Of a stretch of DNA of 64,000 nucleotides, positions 39,812 to 55,220 are shown piece by piece. Each line of letters starts with the position of its first letter. Position 1 is the first letter of the stretch. The position numbers and the translations under genes were made by a program. The stretch comes from the human T2T-CHM13v2.0 reference genome, Homo sapiens: NCBI RefSeq assembly GCF_009914755.1, contig NC_060946.1; one strand, given 5' to 3'. The notes below the pieces were generated by a model that did not search any database, was not told the DNA's origin, and saw only the letters and a program-made list of their open reading frames with translations.

Positions 39812-39932
39812 GATATGGTCGATGGCTCTGGCACAGAACTTGCCATAGAACTTCTTGGCACCCAGACCTTGTAGATCATATATGGTGAATGGCCAGAGAT
39901 GCAAGACGTTGTTGAGGGAGAAGGCATCTCGT
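39812..39932 (-). pseudogene. 121-bp intronic duplicate of the 3' part of MICAL3 exon 3 (38052-38172)
   Basis: Ungapped match at offset 1760 with 5 mismatches. Confidence 0.93.
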
Positions 39933-39967
39933 CAGTGACCCCAGGGCCCAACAGGAGCAAAGCTTAC

Positions 39968-40231
39968 CTTGGTGTTAGTGCACGCTTTTCCCTTTTTGTA
40001 GTCTTTGTGACTGCCCCGTTTGTCCAATTTTGCCCAGAGGGCTTTGGCTTTCCAGTAGTTAAGCTTGGACTTGAGCTTGTGATAGAAGGAGCGGTAGTCC
40101 TTTGGCTTTAGTTCCAGGTGGTCACAGAGCTCCTGGAAAGCCTTGAGGGTTCCCTTGCAGGTGGTGGCCTGGACAAACCGGTCAAAGAGGACATGAGCTG
40201 GGTTCATGGTCTCATGCTTCCTCTCCTCCAT
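39968..40231 (-). CDS. MICAL3: MICAL3 exon 2 coding part, 88 aa (MEERKH...ACTNTK); the exon starts at 40305 with 74 nt of 5'UTR
   Basis: ATG at 40231; acceptor tttttgtcag| before 40305; donor GTAAGC at 39967; 264 nt, phase 0. Confidence 0.97.
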
Positions 40232-41721
40232 GCTGCCTCACTCTCAGCACTCCCCAGAGGGGGAGGTGGGATGGCTGTGGGTCCACCTGACACTGTCACG
40301 TTAATCTGACAAAAAGAAAGAAAAACGTGGTTAGCATTTCTCTGTCTACAAACATTCTCCAGGAGACATATTCCTCTTCAAAGCAGAGTTCTAAAGTGTC
40401 GCAGTCATCCATCCATAAGTGTGGACTGCACACCTGCAATACTCCAGGCACTACGAAACACTGGGGCTGGAAAGGTGAGCAGGATGGTTCTTGCTCTCAA
40501 GGATCTGACAGTCTAGGAGACGAGGCAGACACAGACACAGAATGTCTCAATGGACTGTACCAAGTGCCACTAGAGAGGGAGACACAAGGCCATCTCGGAA
40601 ACAGAGAAAGAGGATCTAAGTCACTATTGGTGGTGAAGGGGGGGGGTCCCCACTGAAGGCGAGCCTCTGAGAGGTGACAGCTGAGTCTCTCAGCATAAAT
40701 GTTAGCCAGGCAGGGAAGAGGTGTAGGACATGGGAAAGTGACAAAGACAGGCCTGAGTGACTCGTACAGATCAAAGAGGCAAGGATAACTCCCAGGTTTC
40801 CAGCTTAGGCCCCGGATTAAACGGAGACATCAGGCCAATGGATTAAAAACAGAAGCACTCCTTGGTGCCAGTGGAGCAGTGAGCCCCTTCCTCACCTGCA
40901 CACGTGAGCTCCAAGTGGAGGTGCTTACCGGGAAGTCGGTACAAATGTGAAGTTCAGGGAGTGGCTGGGGACGCAGATCCAGATTTGGGAGTCGCTGGCA
41001 CACGGGCAGTAGCTAAGCATACAAAAGCAGGAAGATCACGAAAGGAGAGTGCACAGGGCAGAAGAGCCGCAGACTCTGGAAGAGATCCAGGAGGCCCCAC
41101 CTTCAAGAGGCTGGGAGAGAAAGATGAGCCCTCTTAAAAGATGAGGAACAGTAGGGAGAGGTCTGAAGAGAACCAACCAGCAGCATCACAGAAGTCTAAG
41201 GAGCAGAAAGTTCGAGAGTGTCAAAGTTGGCAGGGATTAAAAGAACTGAAGAAGTCCTGCTATTGCGTAAGGTACAGGGTTGGGAGACTTCACAGTCATT
41301 CCATTTTCACCCTGAATCGAATTGAACAGCAGTAAATGACGATATCTATGCCTTCCACCTATGGAAATGTCCGCACACCTACGTCCAGTGAGTCTGCTGG
41401 ACAGAGGCTGGGAGGTGGGAGATGGCACCGCGTGTACTCCTGCACCCACCGGCTCCTGTGAGTCTGCAGAATCGTTTTTGCGTCACATCTGATGAAACCT
41501 CACCACTGGAACTGTATTGGAAGGTGGGAGGCAAAAGGACAAAGGACAAAACTAGTGAGTAGAGAGTGGGTCAGGGTGACAAGACGAGTGTGACCACAGG
41601 GCTGAGCCCACACAGCCAGACCCCAGCTGCACGACCCCGCTGCACAACTCTGGGTAAGCACTGTTGCACGAACCCTCAGTTTCCTTGTGTGTAAGACAAG
41701 GAGGTTAGACAGCGCCCCTAA

Positions 41722-42017
<296 letters not shown>

Positions 42018-42653
42018 AAGACTTTCACTTCTGAAGTTCTCCAAGGCTACTGCTGAGAAATCCACATGCCCACAGCACTTGCTCCTGGTGCTCTCATCAC
42101 AATGGCCCAGCACAGGCACATCACCAATTCACCACGAGAGTGACCAACACAACTGGACTGGACTTTGCTTTAAAGATGTACCCTTGGGGTTGGGTGCAGA
42201 CAGAGGAAGGGAGTGGTTGATGCACTACGTTCAGCAGGCATGTAGAAGCAAGAGACTGCCCACTATTCAGCTGCAGGTGCTGCTGAAACCAACTCTTGGA
42301 AGACAGGCACCATGTTCCAGAATGATACAGAAGAGGCCCTGAAGCTCTTACTTTGGGTAAGCACACTGAGCAGCAGTGTGAAGTAGAAATGACATGCCAC
42401 TTCTCTCCGCACCTCACCATGGTATCACAGGATTAAACCAAACCAAATGAGATGCATCTTAAGTTTCATGAGAGAAAGTTGTAACTAAATACAAGGAACT
42501 GCCCTCTCCACCTTATATTTTCTATGTCAACAGACACAACACTCGTCACATAATGTGGAGGATACATTGCAGATGGAACACACTGGCTGGGCTTTTCGCC
42601 TCAAATATATCACGTACTCAACAAACCCTCCTGGCTCTAGATATTAAAAACTA

Positions 42654-42973
<320 letters not shown>

Positions 42974-44969
42974 TTAACACACATAGCTTCTCTCAATAGC
43001 CACATGGCCAAGAGGCCAGCAAGAAATGGAGTTAACTGGAATTAACATTCAGTTTCCCCAAAAAAGAAAGGTTTTATTCTAGGTAGCAGCAAGAGAAATA
43101 CTTTACAGTTCCTAAAAAGGGCCCATTATTTATCTTACAAGCCAAGGCTTATCTTAGAAATGTTAGAAAGTCAAAAGATGGCTTGTAGGGCAGGAAAGAG
43201 CAGATGTGCTTATGTGAAGGCAGGAGAAATGGTGACAGCTGACAACCCATGACTAGAAACAAAGGTCCCACACCATTTTCTACATCAGGGACCCTCTTTG
43301 CCTCCTGACCTCTTTGTGGGACTTCTGAGGCTTCACTTGCTCTTTGACAAGCACACAGCATGGCACAATCCTGACCCTGTGTGCCCTGCCTGCATTCACA
43401 GTCAACCTGAACTCCACCAGAGTCACAGTGTTTGGTAAGCTTTGCATACACTGGGTCTGATCCACCGCTACCTCATGTCAAAGAAGAAAATGACTTTTCT
43501 TTGTTTCTAAACAGTAGCCACTTTCAACTCCTTGCCAGGATTCAGAGCACTCAGAACCATGACATTCTTGCTGAAGCCAATACATTAAAGGTCCTGCAAC
43601 CCATAACTCCAAAATCCTTCCCGTCATAGCGCCTGCCTTGGCTTACACCTACCCTGAAAGAGGGTCTTGGGCACTTATTTCCCAAGAAGAGTTCTTACGT
43701 GTGAGCTAACAACCCCATGGCTGGTTGTCACCCACTCGGTTTGAAATAATTCACTTCCAAAGAGCTGCTAACCGCCACAAAGAATTTCCAAATCAAACCC
43801 CACTACAGAGGAACGGCTTCACTAATAACTGTCCCCAATCCTTCTGCTAGTGAAAACACTTTTAAATTAACAGATGTCAGCCACAGCTCCCAGAGAGCTG
43901 CAGAGCCAACCAGCAGGCAAGTTTTAATTCCCCGGCCGAAGAGATTTCGACCTGCAGGGCACTGGTGACAATGGATGAACAGAGGCAGGATGGCTCCTGG
44001 AACAATGCGACCGGCACCCAAGGTAAGACGACACAAGATGAATTCCCTTGGGCTGCCTCACTTTTCCTGCTTTGCAGCTGAATGATGACTGCAGCGCAAA
44101 GACTCCTCCAGAGTGTGACAGCATTGCTCTGTGGCTCTGCTGGGCTGGGCCTGTCTCACTCTGCAAGGGGCTTACCCGGCATTCTCCTTGGCTCTGACAA
44201 CAGCCGGGAAGCACAGCAGAGCAGGGCTATTTCTGTTACCGCCCCCATTTCCCTCATTCCTTAAGGTCAAAGCCAGATCATGCTCCTCCTGGCCTGTCCT
44301 GCACCACCCTGTGTACAGTTCATAATCACAGGAACCTGGAGACCAGGAAACCTGGCAGGAAGGTGCCAGAAATCCCAGAAACTGAAAAGCCAAGGTGTGC
44401 AAGGAAGGGGTAGAGGAAGTGAGGAGCCGGGTTGGGGGCTGGGGGAGGAAGAGGAGGTGATGCCAGGTTTCCAGGCATCTGTGAGTCTCTGCCAGCTGAC
44501 TCCAGCCTGCATGTTTTGTCCGCAGCAGCTGACTGCTGACTCAGAAGCCCCGCATGGGCCTTGGCTGTGGAGGATGGCACTGCAGAGACGGCCTCTGAAG
44601 CACACGCAGGACATGGTTATGTTTCTATTTATAACAATAGTTGAAGGTTGTCACTGACTTCTGGCTGGCTATGAGAACACTCAATCTCTAGCTCTTAGAA
44701 GAGGTAGCTGGATGTTTGTGGGGGAGTAGAAAGGAGAATCATGTTTAAAAATAGAAAAAAAAAAAGAAACAAAACAACAAAAAAGAATGACACTTCAAGA
44801 GTATGGCATCAGAGTGAAGCTTAGTTTTCTCCCTAGCCAATGCACCATGAACACACCAGCGAACGTGCAAATTTCTGAATCTTACACAGCAATCTGTGAA
44901 CTGCGCCTTCCCCTAGCCCATTCAGTCAGAGGTATGTCTCATCTAAACAGATCTTGAAAGCGGGTGGAA

Positions 44970-46480
<1,511 letters not shown>

Positions 46481-48565
46481 CCTGGGATCTATCCTGACTC
46501 TCCATCCTATTTATCATCAAGCTGACACTCAGCAGGATGGAGAGGAAACATGAAGCCAGCTCCTCCCCCCACCACTGTGCCCTTCCCCTCTCCTGCCTGT
46601 CACCCGGCTGCACTCCTCATCTGCTCCTGCCACTCTGCAAGGACATTATTTAAATGTCTCTCTCCTCCATTGTGAACTTCCTTAGGGCAGGGACTGGGTC
46701 TCTGCGCTATAACCCGACCTGGAGTAGAAATAAGTCGTGTTTCTGTGGAGGTGACGAGGGTAGGATGGAGCCCAGCAGCTCTGTACTTGAAGGACCGGTC
46801 CTGGGGAAAGCACTAGCCTGGCCTGCGTGGCTGCGGAAGGTGAAGGAGACCTGGACACATGTTAGAGAAAGACTTCCAATGTGCTACCAAAACGTGGTAT
46901 CCAGGAATGCAACAGTCAGCCTGGGCGGGCAGTGACAGTCTAACAGGAACACTGCAAGAGTGTGGCATTTTTCTCATGACCAGCACTCTGCTTGGCTGGG
47001 TGTGGATGACCCCTCTCTAGAGGCATCTGAGAAGAGCCAGACCCAGATAGCCTCTGGGTTCTCTTCCAAGTCCCTAATCCTGCAGGACTGTAGTACAGTC
47101 CTAACACTTATGTTGTATCTTTTCTAATTTTCATTTCTATTCTTTGCTAACAACCTATTTCTTCATGAAAACCAAGTTAAGAACATCCACGCAGCTGAGA
47201 AATGAAGTAAGTCAGAAGTGACCTGACCTCTGCCTTGCAGTTCTGTCACCCCAAACACATTAAAATGTCTGAATCATAGCGAGGCACCCAATAAACACAA
47301 TCACTGATGATGACGTCAACTCACGTTCAAAGTAACCCCCAAAACAAGCAATCAAGAAGAATGCCTGAGGCTCACCATCCTACAGTCTCCTCATCTGTAA
47401 AATGAAAATCACAGGGTTTTGTAGGAAGTAAGGTAACGAATGTAAAATGTTTATCAGTGCCAGGAACAGAGCAAGGACCAACCCACAGTAGCGCTGTTAT
47501 CATCCAGCAGTTTATCAATAAACTCCAGCAATGAAAGCGCATACTCAGTCTAAATAAAAACGGAACAACAGGGTTCAGATGGTTTTGTTTTTTGAAGGAA
47601 AGAAAAATGGTTTGGAACTTTCTCTGCTCCATTATCACTCTTCCCCTCTCCACTCCATCTGTTCTAGAAAGCGTGAGAATGGCATTGGGTGGAGGGGGGT
47701 GCTAAAGGAGTAAGATCTGTGTAAGTCCTGCTAAACTGTAGTGTTAAACAAGACAGATAGAAGATACTGAGTCGTTACTACTCGGTGCCACATCCACGCC
47801 TATGGCATCTTCACCACCATCCCGCGAGGCAGGATGTATGACCTCCATTTTGCAGATGGGGAAAGGCATGTTTTGGGTCCAGACTTGTCCAATTGAGAGC
47901 CTAAGTCCTTAGCCATCATGAAAAACCACCTGAGAATACAGCTTGAGAAATGAAAGCTCATGAGAATGCATGCCTCCAGTCCCTAACCACCCGAGAGCAG
48001 GAACTTGCCTGCCAGGAAGATAGCTGCCCAGCTAGCAATGGATATGCAGTTTCAAGTAAATTTAGCAAGGACACACAATACAGGATTCTTTTTCTCCTCA
48101 TGATTTATCACTGCATCTGCTCCTTTGAAATGGAGCCCTTTCCAAATGGCAGTGAGAGCAGTCTGGTTTCACAGTAATTCTTCTTACTGGCTGCCAAAAG
48201 GCTAAGCAACTAAAACAGTGCTAACACAGTATGTATCAGTTGGCATTCTGCGGCAGGCTCTTGCACCCCAGCCATCAGCAACGCCTATGAGGAGTCAATG
48301 ACAAAACATTTTCCAATCACCTAATACTACTCCATCCATTGTAGGAGCTTGGGGAAGGACAGAAGGTGGACCTCAACCTGCCCACTGTCAACAGTACAGA
48401 CCAAAAGACCCACACCTTCCTGACCCACTAATCTAAGAGCCCTGCCCTCAGGGGTGATGAAAGGCCTCTGGGTGGGGAGAAAGCCTCATTGAGGATGTGG
48501 GAAAACACAACCAAAGGAGAATCCCAAAAAAAAGCTGTTCTCCTCAAGGGCCGGAATCCAATCTA

Positions 48566-48648
48566 TAACGTCGGTGCAGAAGTCAGTGCAGTTACTTTTG
48601 CCGTTACTTTTAATAGCAAAAACCGCACTGACTTTTGCACCAACCCAA
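48566..48648. mobile_element. MADE1 (Hsmar1-derived miniature mariner palindrome)
   Basis: ggtgcagaagt...ttgccgttacttttaatagcaaaaaccgc...ttttgcaccaacc. Confidence 0.85.
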
Positions 48649-49228
48649 CACTCTGCTTAGCACCATGTACTCAGTTCCAGGCACACAGCAGGTGCTCAAT
48701 AAGGTTCTGCTGATTAAAGGGCTACCCGGTCACCTACACTTGGGCAGACCCAGGAAGCTGGCTGGTTGGTAGGCCGTACAGGGCAACCTCCAGGCCACTG
48801 CACACAGGGACTCAGAGAATGCCAAGCCTCCAGCAGTCCGAAGGGAGAGAAATACCTCACGAGATGACCGGAGAACTTGTGGGAAACATGCAAGGTCCTA
48901 CCAAGGCACTCGGGTCAGGTCGCTTCCTCCCTCTTGCAGGGGCAGAGCCTGCAGCTAAGGCTTTCCGACGCTGGCCCAAAACACAGCTGGCAGGAGACTA
49001 ACCTGGAACAGAATATGGGGTTTCTCAGGTGTCTCGCCTGCCTGTCGTCACTGCCACAGAACCACAAAATACACTGCAGTCAAGGCTCAGCACCATCTGG
49101 AAGGTCATCTAGGCCCACCAGCCACCCCACACCTGCCTATCGATGACATGTCAACGGCACCAAGCTGAGCAGCTTGCAATCAATGTTCATTTCTCAAGGA
49201 TTCGATTTCTGTGTAGAAGACCAAAATA

Positions 49229-49540
49229 GGCTGGGTGTGGCGACTGATGACTGTAAACCCAGCCCCTTGGGAGGCTGAAGCAGGAGGATTGCTTCAGAAG
49301 GAGTTCAAAACCAGACTGGGCAATATAGCAAGACCCTCATCTCTACAAAAAATTAAAAAATTAGCCAGGCATAGATGCACACCTGTCGTCCCAGCTACCC
49401 AGGAGGTCGAGGCTGCAGTGAACCATGGTTGCACCACTGCATTCCAGCCTGGGGATGGAGCGAGATCCAGTCTCAAAAAAAAAAAAAAAAAAAAAAAAAC
49501 CCAAAAAACAACAAAAAACAAAAACCAAAAAACGAAAACA
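49229..49540 (+). mobile_element. Alu (old, partial)
   Basis: Alu segments with a long A-rich tail. Confidence 0.82.
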
Positions 49541-51569
49541 CAATTTCTCTTCTGCCATGGTTCTCAGTTTCTCCACCTTCTCGGCATTCTTCCGCAAGTT
49601 TCTATCGGTAATCAATGTCTATGCCCATCTCATCTGCCTTCCCTCCAATGACAGCGAGCAACATCTGCCACATGTCTCGCTGAAGCCAGCCTCTGCCTGT
49701 GCTTCTGATCCTGTCCCCGTTCTTACTCAAGCATGCTGCCTCCCACACTGGTCCCTTCCCTGCAGTGATCCTCCCTCACCCCACTGAACTGTCTTCAGCA
49801 AGGACACGTCTTTCAACACCCAGTCCTGACCCCACCCGCTCCAACTAACTTACTCTGCTCCCCTTGACAGCAAAACTCGCTGAAAGAATTGTCAATGCTT
49901 TGTTCACAACTTTCTCTTCTCCCACTATCTTTGAACCTCCAACAAGTAGACCTTGTCCTCAGCCCTCCACAGAAATGCCTCATCAAGGTCATGAATGACT
50001 TCCATGCTGTCCAATCCAATGATCAATTCTCAAACCTTGTTTTCCTCAACCTGTCTGCAGCACAAGTCACAGCTCACTACCGTCTGCCCCCCCACAACCC
50101 CACCGGCCTCCAGGACAAGGGGACACTACTCTCTGGGTCCTGCTGTGACCTCATAGCCCCTCTCTGCGTCCTTTGCTGGTCCCAGACCCATCCCAAGCCT
50201 CTGCACGTTGAAATGGCCCCGGAATCAACTCAGTCTCTGATCTCTTTTGAAACTACATCTCCTTCTACATCAGTGGCTTTTAAACTGTGATCTGCAGTTT
50301 AAAAAAAGAAGTTTCATACTGTGATCTAGGACACAGCTCTCTTTTCACATAAATTTAATTTTTAAAAAATGTTTCATAGGGCAAAATTCCCCTATCAGTT
50401 GGCATAAAAGGAAACATTTTACAACAGCCCTTACTACCGAGATATTGTTTTCAATTCTATTTCGTTTTTTGAAAATTGCTGGTGCCCACTGTATTGACTT
50501 CATGACCCACGGAGACACAAGCCACTGTGAAAGCTGTGCCCTGGAGGATCCTCCCTCCCGTAGATTTATCTACACAGTATCAATAACCAATGGTGCCTTA
50601 ATATTTATTTCCTCTCTCCTGAACTTGTGCGACCAATCACTTGTGTGACTTTTCTACCTGGATGTTTGACAGGCATCTCTAGCTTAAAGCACTGGAGGCA
50701 ACACTCTGATGCCGCTCGCCAGAGCCTGTTCCTTCCCTAGTGTTCTGCATCTTGGTAAACAACACCGCCAGCTACCCGGACACTCAACCCAAAACCTTGC
50801 CCCCGTCTGCATTTCTGTCACATCCCACGGTCCGTTCTTCAGAAAATTCTGTGTTCTACCTTCAAATACAGCCAAATCCAACCACTTCTCACCATGTCTT
50901 CTCTATCATCCTCATTGAGACACCACCAGCTCTCACTTGCTCATTGCATGAGCCTCCCCTACTTCTGCTCCTCCAAACCCACCCTCCAGAATATTCCACA
51001 AAGCAGCCAGAGCATCCACTTAAAACACCCATCAGACACGTTGACTGCCACATCCCAGCCCCAGGTCAGATCCTGCCACCCTCCCCAACACCCTTAGGCC
51101 CAGCCACATGGCCTCTCTCCTGCTCACCAAGGCCTCCCTGGGCGGGGCTGCCCTGGCCAGCCATGCAGAGTGCCCCTCGCTCTTCAGGTCTTGGCTCACC
51201 TTATCAGAGAGAGCTCTGCTGACCACACCCAGGGAAGAAGGCCCCGCCCCTGCCCCGTCACTCTCGACCCACATCCTGTGGACACTGTGTACAAAGCATG
51301 TCCCTTCCCTCTATCTCCCCTGGCAGAGGTAAGCCCAGCTATGAGAAGGGAGTAGAGCATGAGCACACAGTGACTCCAGAGCCTTCTCCTGCTGAGGTGC
51401 CCATCCACAGCATGCCGCCCACCCGGATACACCTGCTTTGTCCTCAAGGACAATCAGGAATTGGTAAACTGTCTTCACTAAATTTCCTCAGCTGATTCAG
51501 CCATGACTTCCCATCTCAGCCAGCATAAAAGCAAATATAAAATAATGGCCTACAAGGCCCTATAAACGT

Positions 51570-52060
51570 GTCGTAAACATTTTGGTCTCAGGACTCCTTT
51601 ATACACTTCAAAGCTAAGGAGGACCAGAGTTCGAGGCTGCAGTGAGCTACGATCATGCCACTGCACTCTGGCCTGGCGGACAGAACGAGACTGTCTCTTA
51701 AAAAAAAAACATTGAGGACCCAAAGAGCTATCAATATTTACTATATGTAAAATTAAAACTGAGACAAAATTTCAACATTAATTCACTTTAAAATAACAAT
51801 TAACATATCTTAAGAAAAAAAAATTACTTTCCAAGACAGAAATTCAGTGAGAAGAGTGACAATTTTCCACATTTCTGCAAATCTCTTTAATGTGTGGCAG
51901 CCAGATTCTCCTGCCTGCTCTGTCTGCAGCAGCAGCACATATCACGTAGCCTCTAGAAAAGGCCACTGTACACACCTGGGCAAACGAGGGTGGGAAAAGC
52001 ACATAATAGCACTCAGTATTATTACAAAAACAGTTCTGACCTCATGGAGCGCCCCCCAGA
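51570..52060. mobile_element. hAT-Charlie-like DNA transposon relic with an Alu 3' fragment (~51626-51710) inserted
   Basis: ttttggtctcaggactcctttatacac...gaggacccaaagagc; the Alu fragment is flanked by gaggacc. Confidence 0.5.
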
Positions 52061-52465
52061 CCTGCACCCATACACACGCCTTCCCTCTGTTGCCTCCTTT
52101 CCTGCCGCCAGCCTCTCCATCCCTGCTGGCCGCAATGGCCTCCCCATGTTCCCCACCTACCAGACACCCTCTCACCTCAGCCTCCGCATCTGCAGCTCCT
52201 TTTGTCTAAAAATGCTCTTCCCTCCGATCCGTTCACTCAAAAGATACTACTGAGCATCTATTATGGGCCGAGCACTCTTCTACGCTCCAGAAATAACAGC
52301 AGTGAACAGAGAAAACAAGCTCTGACTTCCAGGGCACGAGCCTTCTAATGCAGCTGACACATATATTCAAATGCCAGCTTCTCAGTGTGGACTTCCCTGG
52401 TCACATCGTTTAAACCTGCTCATCCTCTTTCCCTGGTTTTCTCCAAAGCACTTACCACAACTTGA

Positions 52466-52819
<354 letters not shown>

Positions 52820-54306
52820 TAAGTTCTGGAAGGGTGAGGATTTTTGCCATTTTATTCACTGTTGCGTCCTTGCACCTGGAACAGTCCCTGGACCACAACA
52901 GGTGGTGCACAGTGAGGACCACTTGATGAACAAACGGCTGTGTATATGAACTTCTCCAGGCAGAACTGAGTTAGGATATGAGACAGAAGTCGTATCAAAT
53001 GAAAATGAACTGTGTGCTTTCAGGCAGTGGCACCAGGCTGGGAGTCACAGAGAATGGGACCCCTACAAGGAGAGTCCAGATGGCTTCTGCCCAGCGGGGG
53101 AGGTGCTCCCCTGGAGACCTGCCCTTTTTCCATGACCACGACCAGCCCTGGACCTGGCTCACACAGGCTCTGCCCAGCAGGCCCCACACCCAGCTCAGGA
53201 CCTGTTCTTGCCATCAGAAGAGAGCCTGTCAGGAGCCAGGACCTGGAGGCAGCTTTGTTTCAATAGCCAAATAGCTTCAGTGTAACTGTTCCCTATAAAA
53301 AGAAACTGGTTTCTAAAGAACTGCTGTATCAGTGTCAGCAAATGCTATGCAACAGCCCCAGCCCACTACCCCAGAGACGAGTGAAGGACCCATAACACTT
53401 CTGATTCCAAGTTACCTGTATGGCTAACATCTGCATGAGAAAGCCACGAAGCTGCCACAAGCCCAGGTGTCAGACAAGGCAACATTTCTTCATTTGAGGC
53501 AGGAGGACACAGGACTCAAAGGGTTACTGCGCATTTCATACTTGCTGGGCGGTGACGGAGGAGGCAAGTGAGAGGGAAAACTGCACGCGTGAAACGCCAG
53601 CCTTGGGAGTGGAATGGGGGTGGGACAAAAGCATATTTTCTGCAAGTCCCCGCAGTGAGGACTGATGTGGCTGTACCTGCCCCGTCATCTCCACCCATAG
53701 GTGGGGCCCCAATACTGCCTTCTACAATACCCCACTGGTTCCTCCAGCCTGACGCTGTGTCTTGGGGCCCCCAGCCCGTCCCCACCCTCCTAATGACCCT
53801 CTTCCGGTCATCTTTTCACTCCCTCTCCAATCTGGCCTCTGTCTCCAACACTCCACTGAGGGTGACGGTGGCTTTCAAGTGAGACAGGCTCAGACGCGTT
53901 CCGGTCTTATCTGGCTAGCTCCCTGGCTGCAGCGCTTCCTGGAACCCGCCCTCCCCTGGCTGTGCTCTGTCTCCTGCTTCTGCCCACTCTCCACACCGGC
54001 CTCCAGTCTCTCAGCTGCAATTCTTTCATCTGCCGCTCTCAAAAAATTGGATGGCCCTTGATTTTTATCATTCTGACCTTCCTCCAGAGATCCAAAGCTA
54101 CTAAACATTTCCATTTAGCCATCCACAGGTGCCTCCCACCAAGGAAGTCTACCCCACACGGAGTCAAACCCGCCACCCACCAAATGGAAATCTGGGGTCA
54201 TCTCAGACCCTTCTCTGTTCTCCACTCCTCAACCCAATCTGCTGATTCTAACTTTAGAATGTTCATCTGCCTACCACAATCCTGGTGGAAGCCCCGAGAT
54301 TCCCAG

Positions 54307-54881
54307 TGTGAAAGGAAAATAAATCTTGGGGCCCCAAACTCACTAAGCCAAAGGGAAAAGCCAAGCTGGGAAAGGGATCATGCAAACCCACCTTCCATTC
54401 TGGTTCCTAAATAAGATGACTACAAAGATGACTCCCTCGCATTTTGCCCACAAGGAAATTCCTTGTGGGCCCCAAGATCTTTACCCTAAAGCATTTCTGT
54501 TAAAATTCACCATGGCAATGTAAGTTGACAGCTTATCTTCACAGGTACGGGGACATAAGACAGAACTCAAAGTCATCTCTCTGCCCACCTGTGACAAAGG
54601 CATATCTGATTGTTTCCTCTGCTCTATTGTCTATGTTATCTCATGTAAAAAGGCAGATTCAGAGTCAAAGGCATGAATGACTATTTTTCCCTTCCCTCAA
54701 CATGAAAACTGTGTATTTCACAATATCCCACTCTTTCTCCCTTAAATACTGAAGCTCTCAAAATCATCTTCGGAGAAAGGCATAGAACTGTCTCCCGGGT
54801 ATGCAACCTTAACTTTGGCAAATGTATCTCTTAAAATGACTAAGACTTGAGACTGGCCTTGGTCATTTCCCTTGACTGACA
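54307..54881 (+). mobile_element. Solo LTR, ERV1 class (MER4-group-like; exact family not determined)
   Basis: TG...CA ends; 5' end gaaaggaaaataaatcttggggccccaaactcactaagccaaagggaaaag; near-perfect 4-bp TSD ccag/ctag. Confidence 0.7.
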
Positions 54882-54885
54882 CTAG

Positions 54886-55220
<335 letters not shown>

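Noticed and set aside
49800-51100. L2/MIR relics here and at ~40850-41250, 13680-13790, 21500-21730, 47370-47500
   Set aside because: Probably real ancient repeats, but too diverged to assign boundaries or families by eye.
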